DNA of 64,000 nt from positions 15,314,001 through 15,378,000 of the forward strand of contig JBHGNT010000015.1 of NCBI GenBank assembly GCA_043228905.1, given 5' to 3'. The DNA is from Azolla caroliniana (taxonomy: Eukaryota > Plantae > Polypodiophyta). The notes below the pieces were generated by a model. That model searched no databases. It worked only from the letters and a program-made list of their open reading frames with translations, and had not been told where the DNA came from. Of this stretch, positions 34,893 through 44,724 are shown piece by piece. The position numbers were made by a program, and so were the translations under genes. Numbering within the stretch: position 1 is the stretch's first letter; each line of letters starts with the position of its first letter.

Positions 34893-37800
34893 AGAGGGTT
34901 GTCAAGGCGTGGGGCCGCGATAGTCCGGACACTCCGGGAAAACCCCACAAATGTACGATAGAGGCGAAACCGAAGAAACCTTGTACCATAAGTAGGAAGT
35001 TTGGTTTCTCCAACAACGGAGGGTGTACGATAGTTGGCGTCGTTGGCCGAGAAAAGACAAGGGCGGAAGAGCGACTTCGGGCGTACGGAGTTCTCGGGCC
35101 CAGCAAGGAAATCAACAGAGCCGTGGAGGCGGTCTCCTTCGATGATACCTTGGGAATATTGCGAGAGGTGGTCGGAGAGGGCCTTAAAGAGGACCGGACG
35201 ATACCGATTTGTTCAGAAGAGATGTACGAAGTCATCGCGGACTTCAGTCGAGGGCTCGAGTCGGATCGGATGGCCTGGGTTAACACGAAGTACAAGACTG
35301 TGAACCGGAAGGTAAGGCCAGTCGCGGCACCCTTACCGGAGGGCAGCGAGTTGCGAATCAAGGGGGTCGCGTCGGACCCCAGTTTATGAGATCCGGCCTG
35401 CATAGGACACACCTTCACCGACAGAACGCTACGGGAGCTCAAAATCGGTGGGGGTGGGTTCCTACTGCCGGCGGAAGAAGACCGGTTTCGGAGAGTGCTC
35501 GGAAGGCACGGGAAAGCCTTCGCATTCTCACCGGAAGAGATCGGGTGCGTAGACCCGACAGTCGTGAAGCCGATGGTGATATTCACGGTACCGTATGTGC
35601 CGTGGAATCTCAAACCAATTCCGGTACCGAGAGCTCACATCCCGGAGCTGATGGAGCTGTTGAGGCAGAAAGTCGATATGGGCATCCTCGAACCGTCGAG
35701 TGCCCCGTACTCGAACCGGTGGTTTACCGTACCAAAGAAGAACGGGACGTTGCGCTTCATTCAAGACCTGCAACCGGTCAACAGAGTGACCATTCGGAAC
35801 GCAAGAATCGGACCAACGATAGACGAGTTCGCGGAGGCCTTCACCGGAAGGTCGATCTACTCGATCGGTGATCTGTACTCGGGGTACGATCAGTTCCAAC
35901 TAGCCATAGAGAGCAGAGACATTACGACGATGCGAACTCCTCTCGGCCTAGTGCGGATGTGTACCCTACCACAAGGAGGGACGAACTCGGTGGCTCACAT
36001 GGTGAATGCGATGAACAAGGTGCTGAGGGATTGTATCCTGGACATCACCATGCCATTCTTGGACGACATCCCGATCAAGGGATGTCCGGTGGAGGAAAAG
36101 GACGAAACAATCGGATCGGACGGATGCCGGAAATTCATGGCGACACACATTGACGACTGTGAGAGGGTGCTGCAGAGGCTCGAGGACGCGAGGCTCACCT
36201 TCTCCGGGGAGAAATCGGCCTTCGGGCAATCAGAGATCATGGTCGTCGGACATCTATGCGGACCGTATGGCCGGAAACCGTCTCCGGCTAAGGTGGAAGC
36301 CATCTTCGCAATGAAGCCCGACTGTAACTCGGTCACGGAGGTACGGAGGTTCTTGGGAGCATGCACGTTCTACCACATATGGATCCCGCATTACACCCAC
36401 GTTGCCGAGCCGCTATACGGGTTGCTGAAAAAGGGGCGAAAATTCAAGTGGCGAGACGAGCATACGGAGTCGGTCCGAAAGATGAAGGAGGCTCTTGCTG
36501 CAGCTCCGGCACTCCGGAAGGCTGTCTACGAGAAAGGCACTCCCATTACATAACGGTAGATACAAGTCCGACCGGGATCGGATGGGTCGTCAACCAAGAA
36601 GATGAGGACGACATTCGGTTCCCAATCCGGTTCGGCGCGAAGGTCCTCAACGAGCGACAACGAGGATACGCCCAAGTTAAACGCGAACTCTGGGGTATCG
36701 TTTCGGCGGTGAAGGCCGATAAAGACTATCTGATCGGGACAGAGGTGATCATCGAGACGGACTGCCTACCGATTCTCGGCATGGTTTCCAGATGCGCAAC
36801 CCCGGACCTGGCAATGCTCAGGTGGATAGCGTACATCAAGTCCCTGGATCCGGAAATACGACACATTTCCGGGAAAGACAATGCCATGGCCGACATGCTT
36901 TCGAGGGCGCGATTCGACGACGAGGGTGGCATGGTTTTGGAGGACAAGGAAGTCGGCGTGGACTTCTTCGAGGCGGCTTACGTAACAACCGAGGGGGGGA
37001 GCACTCCGGCGCTTAACGATTTCAACGAGAGCAAGTACGACGGGGAGTGGCTGCAGATTGGGGGATTCTTGAGGACGATGACGCCGGACGCGTCATGGAC
37101 AAAGAACGAGGCCAACCGGATCCGGAAGAAATCATACCGATTCTTTCTCCGGGACGGATACTTGTGGAAGCACCCGAAGAAGAGAAACAGCATCCCGCTC
37201 CGAGTAGTGGCGATGGAGGAGGAAAAGGAGGAGTTGTTGAAGGCCTACCACGACAGCCCCTGGGTTGGACACCATGGGACGTGGGCCACATTCAAGAAAC
37301 TAAAGGGGAAGTACTGGTGGCCAGGACTGTACCGAGACGTGCATCGGTTCCTGACAACTTGTGAGAGCTGTCAGATACACTCCATAGTCCGACATCGGGA
37401 CGAGCTTCACCCTACATACCCTCCGGCCATCCACTTCAAATGGATGGTAGATTTGGTGACGATGTCGATGGGTGTAGGGCAGATGCGATATCTGGTGCTG
37501 GCCCGGGAGGACCTGACGAACCAGGTGGAAGGTTGAGCCCTACAGAACAAAACGATCGCGGCCGTGTGTCGGTTCCTGATCGAGGACGTGATATGCCGGT
37601 ACGGGTGCGTCGGAAAGATCGTGGCTGACCGCGGGGAGTTGGATGCCGAAGAGGCCGAGGATTGTTCGACCGGTTAGGGGTCAAGCTCTCGCTCACCACA
37701 TCATACAATCCGGAGGCGAACGGGAAGGTGGAGCGCGGGCACGGACCGATCGTCAAAGCGCTAATCCGGGCGTGCGGAGGCCAGGTCGGGAACTGGCCAC

Positions 37801-38384
37801 GACTGTTACCTTATGCCTTGTGGGCGGACCGGACAACGCACAGTTCGGTAACCGGGTTCATGCCGTCAGAGATCATGTTTGGACAGAAGTCGATCATGCC
37901 GATGGAATGGACGATCTCCTCTTGGGCGACAGTGGACTGGAGAGACGAGATGAGCCGGGAAGAACTGCTAGCGGCGCGTATACGGCAGCTCGAGCGGAGG
38001 CCAGAGGACGTGGAACGAGTGGCGGAGAGACTTCGGACGGTGAGGATGAGGAACAAAGCCCGGTTCGACCGAACGCACCGGCTCCGACCAAAGAAAATCG
38101 AGGAAGGCGACTCGGTGCTAGTCTACGATAGCAGCCTCGACAACCAGCATCGGGCAACACGGAAGTTTGCAAAGCGGTGGTTCGGGCCTTACGTGGTAAC
38201 GAGCGCCAACGACAACGAGACGTATCACCTGGCGGAACTCGACAGTACGAGGATGGCGATACTGGTAGCAGGGAAGCGGATCAAAGCGTTCAAGAAGCGC
38301 CACGACGGCGAACCGGATCTAAGAGGCCTGGACAGCGACGACGAACAGTCCGAAACGGAGGACGAACCGATGGACGAGGAATAG
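34889..38384 (+). pseudogene. Gypsy ORF2 pol (RT-RNase H-integrase) with stops and frameshifts
   Basis: YKTVNRKVRPV, DLYSGYDQ, TLPQGGTNS, FLDDIPIKG, TVDTSPTGIG, H-H-C-C integrase zinc finger, YNPEANGKVER, WFGPY. No chromodomain seen. Confidence 0.88.
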
Positions 38385-39615
38385 GAACCCAGACCAGTTT
38401 TCTCCAACCAGAACCCAATTTTGGCGCATACCAGTGGATGCGCGGTTAGGTGGGGGCGGATGTCGTGAAGAAAACCGTCCCTTAGCGTAATCGGTGCATA
38501 GCGCGCGTGAACCGGCTCTTCACGCGTGCGCGCCCTTTAATGTATATAATAGAGAATTAGGTACAAAGGTATATCCTAGGTAGTTACATTCGGTAGGTAG
38601 GAAGTTAATGAGGGAAACGGCTCCCTTCTTGAAGCTATAAAAGAGAGGGAGACCCGGGGAGAGAGGATAAATTATTATTTTTTTGAGGAGGACGAAGTGT
38701 TGTCGGACCGAAACCGAACGCTTCTCCTCTGTTCGTTCTCCATCGCTCTTCTCTACAGGTTTTCGGGAGGCTCGCGCTGCTTCGAGGAACGCCCGTGTGC
38801 TTTCGGCAGCACCTCCATCCAATCCCCTTTCGTGCACAGACAAGCAGGCATCGGCATCTGTTCGTCGGCCTATTCGGTTGTAACCGCTCGCGTGCTCTGT
38901 TGTTTATGTGTCATTCGTTAATATACAAACATTCGTGTCTCTCTGTCTCTGTGTCCATTCGTGTCTTCTGCGTTGACGGGCCGTGTCCCTGTGTTTCTTT
39001 GCTCATACGTAACCGGGCGTCTCTCTCTTTCTCTTTCCCCTTCTATCGCCTGCTCTTCGGTTCAAGACCCCGGTGGTCCCGCCTCGTTTCTCCACGCACG
39101 CGCGTAGTAACGCAACAACGTTTTAGGGTTAGGGTTAAGGACGATGATGATGATGAATGATAACTATGATGATTGGTAATGAAGATAGACATGGTGATGG
39201 AGAGTATGATGGTGAGAGAGATCATATAGAGAAGCATTGCGGGGTGGGGGGTGGTGCCTAGAATGGCTCCACCCCCCTCCCAAGGGGGTTCAACGTGAGA
39301 GAGGGAGAGAGAAGAGAAAAGGTGACAAAGAGAGAGATTAGAGAGAAATGTTCATTCCTTCCCCATAAGGGGTTAAATAGTACAAGAGGGGGGGTAGATA
39401 CATAGGGGTGTAAGCCCCATTGAGCATTCATACTGGACACTCACTCACACCTCCTCGTATCCATCCACATGCACACATGTGTGCATGTGTTCACATACAT
39501 ATCGACTCACAATTACATTTATGCCCCCTACACACACACAACAATCATCATGATAACATTTGACCCTCGCTCATCACATTGACTCTCCGTACATCCTGTA
39601 CGGGGTAACACAATA

Positions 39616-39631
39616 TGGCACGCCCGTGGGA
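39616..39631 (+). promoter_or_regulatory. PBS-like motif, tRNA-Arg(UCU) type
   Basis: TGGCACGCCCGTGGGA versus recalled TGGCACGCCC(A/G)GTGGGA, 5 nt after the LTR. Identical in copy 1 at 13155-13170 (-). Confidence 0.7.
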
Positions 39632-41617
39632 AAGTGCCTTGCACGTCGATCCCACATGCCTTGATGATGATATTTCTTCGACCGGAACTTCCATCGGTCC
39701 TTTCAACGATCGACTCCCTCGATCGGAATGCTTGACTCGAATATCTTTGTCGGTCAGCAAATCGTCCGCGACACAAACATTCTCATTCTGTCGACTTACG
39801 AACTTCGTCATGGGTCCAAAATCATGTCGTATGTATATGTGTTCTTCCTTTGTTTTGAGTGTGTGTGAGTAGTCTTGTTTTTGTCTCCTGTTGATCTATT
39901 TACATATAATTCTCCCTATATCACTGTCTTGTTTTTCTCTCATTTTTGCTTCTATCATTGTTCACCTATTTTTCTTTCTTTCCACTCTATCTCTTGTTTT
40001 CCATATGCTTGCTTCTTGCTTCTTCTTTGTCTTCTTTTGTCTTCTTCCTTTGATGTTTTGGTCGGCCAGTCTGTGTGTGCATCTTCTTCATGGAATCCTC
40101 TCTATTCTCCCTTCTCTTTTTCCTTCTACTTCTTCTGTGTCGTTTCCCGCCATGTCTTCCTCCTTCTTTGGTTCTTTTTCTTCCTTTCGTTTTCTTTTGT
40201 TCTGTCTCATTTTCTGCTTTGTACTTCATCTTTCTCTTCTTTCTATCTTCCTCTTTTGTTTTGCATCTCCCTTCTTCCTATGGTTGTTTTTGCTTCCTCT
40301 CCTTTTGATGTTTTGTGTGTTTCCATTTTTGTCTCTGACTTTGGTTCCGGACCCGTCTTCGTCCATCGTCCTTCGTCTCTTCATTGTCCGTCGGCGTCTC
40401 TATCTCTGTCACTGGCTACTGATCCGTCGGCGTCGGCGTTGGTGTCACCTCCTCCCGGTCATCCTTCTTTATTGTTGTCTTTGTCTAGCTAGTCCGTCCG
40501 CTCTAGCCACTCCAGCCACTCTTCGGCTATTGTTTGGCCGTCAGTTCGTCTGTTGTCCGGCTTCTGGTCCATTCCAGATGTTGTTCCGACCGTGCGTCCA
40601 GTCCGTTGTCCTGGTCGTGTGTCTGTTTCTTCGGCCGCATTTGCGCATTTTAGCCGCCCCGACCGCAGCCGGCTACTTTCTGATCGCCGCCCCTATTCAG
40701 CCGTCATCATCGTTGTTCCGGCCGCTCTTTGACTGCTTGTTTGATCCGGCCATTGTGTTCATTTGTTTGGCCCATTCGGTTGTCTCTTCTAGGCTGTTCC
40801 GGCCATTCGTCCTCCCGGCTCTTTGTGTCCGTTTGTGTCGGTGTCATTGTTCTGGCCATCGAGTCGTCTTAATCTGGATCGTTCTAGCTAACTTTGTTAG
40901 ATGTGTCTCTGTATCCAACCGTCTCTGTCATTTCTTCGTCGTCCGGCGTTGTCCGGTCCAGAGGTCTCTGTTTTGGCGTCGTTCGGCCACTACGACCGCT
41001 CTTAGGTCGCTCTCCGGCCTCGTCCAGCCCTCCGGTTGCTCCAGCTATTGTCCGACTGTTTCCGGTCCTTCCGGCTGCTCTTTCCACAGTCTGGCCCATC
41101 AGGCCATGTCTGTCCGGTCCATCTCCAGATATCTCTGTCGTCGGCCTTGTCGGCGCTATTTGGCCAGTCTGCAGTTGGTCGTCCGTCCCGTGGCCACTCT
41201 GTTCAGTCGTCATATGGTTCTCGGCTGTTGATATCTGATGGTTGTCTCTTGCATCACACGTTCTTGCACACACACGTTGCTAGTTCTCGTACACTTGCAC
41301 ATCTGTATCGTTGCGTCTCATTCTGCGACTTTTCTAGGACATTGTGATCACCATTTGCTGCGCATCATCGATTCGATTTATCGTACATTCTTCCATTCCG
41401 TCCATTCATTGACTTCTTTGCAGACATCCTCATCACATATCATGCTTCAACTCCGTCTCGCACTTTGCCACTGTCATTTGTTGCTAACCGCAACCGCACA
41501 CTCACGTATCTATGTCGTCGTTACTCACACATGTCCACCATTTCTTGCACTTAGTCACTATGTCTTGCATCGCCACGTATCATTCTTCGACTCCGTCTCG
41601 AAAGGGGGGTCGCCTTA

Positions 41618-41627
41618 GTGGTCGCCA
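41618..41627 (-). promoter_or_regulatory. Second PBS-like motif, tRNA-Arg(UCG) type, on the opposite strand
   Basis: TGGCGACCAC on the - strand, 5 nt from the right LTR. Identical in copy 1 at 848-857 (+). Confidence 0.6.
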
Positions 41628-43745
41628 AAATGTGTTGTACGTTTTAGGGTTAGGGTTAAGGACGACGATGATGATGAATGATAACTATGATGATTGGTAA
41701 TGAAGATAGACATGGTGATGGAGAGTATGATGGTGAGAGAGATCATATAGAGAAGCATTGCGGGGTGGGGGGTGGTGCCTAGAATGGCTCCACCCCCCTC
41801 CCAAGGGGGTTCAACGTGAGAGAGGGAGAGAGAAGAGAAAAGGTGACAAAGAGAGAGATTAGAGAGAAATGTTCATTCCTTCCCCATAAGGGGTTAAATA
41901 GTACAAGAGGGGGTAGATACATAGGGGTGTAAGCCCCATTGAGCATTCATATTGGACACTCACTCACACCTCCTCGTATCCATCCACATGCACACATGTG
42001 TGCATGTGTTCACATACGTATCGACTCACAATTACATTTATGCCCCCTACACACACACAACAATCATCATGATAACATTTGACCCTCGCTCATCACATTG
42101 ACTCTCCGTACATCTTGTACGGGGTAACATCGACAATTCTCGGTTGTTTCGGTTTCTCCAGAAATGAGAACCACTCTTCGTGGCTCATCATGTGGTTTGA
42201 CGCTCTGGAATCAACATACCATACTTCCTCTGATCCGGAAGTGGTCTTCTTCATCAAGTTTGCCTTGTGCTTCATCACGAAGGTTGGCCCCTTTCCGGTT
42301 TTCCTGGTTCCGGATCCTTCTGATCCTTCAGCATAGTGCAAACTTTGTCGGTTCCCTTGTCCGGCCTTGCTGGATCCGTTTTATCCGAATCGGCACACTT
42401 CTTCCAGCACTCACTCTCTCTGTGGCCTTTCTTGCCACAATACCAGCATTTTGTATTTGTTTTCGACTACCGGTTTCCAGCTCCAACTTGACTCCCCTTG
42501 CTTGTGGAGGGTCCAGAACTGTTGTCGGCACTGTCTCTATGCCTTCGGTTCTGCCCTTTGTCGGCCGCCTCCATTGTGTGCCGACCCACCTCGTCCTCCA
42601 CGCCCACGGGGCCGATCCGCCTCCGTGTACAACATCCAATTGTCTGATTGAGTGGTCCTCAACCCACTCGCGTGGTTTTCTTTGACCATCAACATTGATT
42701 GTAATTCGAAGAAGGACGGTGGCTTCTCCCGGGTGCAAATTGTCGTCCGGATTGGCCCGTACCATTGTGCTAGACCACCAAGACTGATCTGGACCATCTC
42801 GTCTTCTTCCACCGTTACGTTGATGGATCCGAGTGCATCGTAGATCTCCTTAATCTTGGTGGTGTAGTCTGTAACCGATATATCTCTCTGCCGGATGTTA
42901 TTCAACTCTTGCCAGAGCTGCAACTTACGGGTTGTGGTACTTGCGGCGAAAATCTTCCGTAGATTTCCCAGGCCTCTTTGGCGTTTTTGCATCCTTGATG
43001 TAGCCACGCATCTTATCTTGCACACCGGACATGAGGCAATACAATACTCGGCTCGCTCCTTGCTCCCATCCTAGGAAGTCTTTGTGTGCCGGCTCCGGTG
43101 CTACCTCGTTGGTTCCTTCCACATAGCTCCAGTATCCAAACCCCAGCAGGTACCGGTGCATTTTATATGACTAGGATGCATAGTTGCTCCGGTCGAGCTT
43201 TTCTGTGGGAAGCGAACTTGCCATACCTTTGTCCATTTCGGTTCTCTACTGTTCTTCACCGTTGTTAGTATTTGTCTTCAGAAGCATCTGTCGGCTGTAG
43301 AGGAGTCTCAACCCTCGCGCTCTGATACCATGTAAAAATTAGCATGCAGAAGCTTGACAAAACCGGTTTAGTCGAGCAGCAACAGAGAATAAAACACAGG
43401 TTCAATGGAAGCTTGAGAGTATTTAGCACACACAGGAGAGAGAGAGAGAGAGCAAAACATAAACTCTATTAAGAAAAATAACACTCTTGTATCACTCTAT
43501 CATGCTCTGTACATACAACGTGCTAAACAACACTATTTATACAAGTCCTCAAAAGGACTGATAGGAGTACTATGTACTTCAATGCTCATACGAGCGACTG
43601 ACACTAACTATGAGGACTCTGACTACCTAGTAGTCTAGGAGTATAGGCTACTACTAGCCTTCCGATTCACATTTGAATCCGGCTCACCGATCCGGCTCTT
43701 GCTTGTTCAGCCGATCCGGATACGGTTGAGCTTGCTCACTCAACA

Positions 43746-44180
43746 GTTAATAGTGAGAGTCATGACCACATTGTCAAATGTCGAGGGCAATGGTTAGATC
43801 AATATTTTTGCTCCAACCATTTGCCAACTTCACCAACACTAGGACACCAACCACATGGCCGCAAAGATGTTTGTTTTTTCTATTCATGTGATGGACACCA
43901 CACCAATTGCATGTCCTCTCCTCTGCACCTAACAAAGTCTCAAACACTTGGATCCTCAACTGTGTTTCTAAGTTAGTTAATAGTGAGAGTTGTGACCAAA
44001 TTATCAAATGTCGAGGGCAATGGTTCGATCAATATTTTGGCTCCGACCATTTCACCACAAACTAGGACACTAGCCACATGGCCACAAAGATGTTTGTTTT
44101 TTCTATTCATTTGATGGAGACCACATCACGTGCTTGTCCTCTCCTCTGCACCTAACAAAGTCTCAAACACTTGGATCCTC
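43746..44180. repeat. ~230-bp tandem duplication
   Basis: gttaatagtgagagt at 43746 and 43976. Both units contain ...aaacacttggatcctc. Confidence 0.85.
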
Positions 44181-44589
44181 GGATCTTCCTTACCATTGGG
44201 TGTTGATCGTCCAGAAGAGTATCTGGGTAGGAAGTGTTGGGTGTCAATGCTCGATCTAGTTGGTCCTAGATTGCGATGGTCATGGCATTTGCATTCCTAG
44301 CCTTCTGCATGCACATGTATATATATATATTCATTCTCTAGAGAAGTGTCCGAGCGATTGAGCGGTTTCTACCGGTTTGCACTCATCATGGAACCCTGTA
44401 AGTCTACGCGGCATTTCTCTCGCATTTGCATTCCCGGCCTACTCCATGCACCCATCTTCATTCATTCTATCAAGAAGTTTCCGGCATGTACCCATCATGG
44501 AACCTTCCAAGCCTATGTGAGATTTCTTAATCAAAGAGTGAAAATCCAAAAGCTGGTGTGAATCTATCCTTCAAATAAGGACACACTGG

Positions 44590-44606
44590 TTTTAGGGTTA
44601 GGGTTT
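44590..44606. promoter_or_regulatory. Telo-box (AAACCCTA, reverse orientation) upstream of RPL7a
   Basis: ttttagggttagggttt ~120 bp upstream of the ATG, followed by a GA repeat. Telo-boxes are typical of plant ribosomal protein promoters. Confidence 0.75.
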
Positions 44607-44724
44607 GGGGACAAGGTGAGTGAGTGAGAGAGAGAGAGAGAGAGAGGGTTTCTGCTGCAGGTTAAGCTTCGTTGATCCATCCATCGTTCGGCATCACTGT
44701 CGCCATCATCAACATTGTCTTCCC

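Larger units (their letters stand above)
32274..39117 (+). mobile_element. Ty3/gypsy LTR retrotransposon of the fungal-like non-chromovirus type, full length but decayed
   Basis: LTRs 32274-32928 and 38461-39117. 4-bp TSD ACGT at 32270-32273 and 39118-39121. tRNA-Trp PBS. PPT ggtgggggcgga ending at 38460. Order PR-RT-RH-IN. Confidence 0.93.
32264..42129. mobile_element. Non-autonomous, non-coding LTR element, copy 2 (LTRs 32264-32273 plus 39122-39610, and 41633-42129; ~2.0-kb interior)
   Basis: ~497-bp direct LTRs TGTTGTACG...GGGGTAACA with 4 substitutions and 1 indel. TSD TTGAC/TCGAC at 32259-32263 and 42130-42134, inside the copia H protease region. Confidence 0.9.
28821..43745 (-). mobile_element. 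Copia H, decayed; 5' LTR 43331-43745, 3' LTR missing; hosts nested elements at 32264-42129
   Basis: PBS TGGTATCAGAGC abuts the LTR (43319-43330). Gag KLDRSNY...YLLGFGYWSYVEG, PR WYVDSRASNHM (~42210), IN/RT/RH fragments at 29200-32260 (YVDDFV, KHIEVHYHF). Confidence 0.88.

Noticed and set aside
39891-41231. 446-aa hydrophobic ORF (possible env-like or membrane protein)
   Set aside because: Starts at TTG, lies on an A-poor pyrimidine-rich strand where stops are rare, has no motif, and is not preserved in copy 1.
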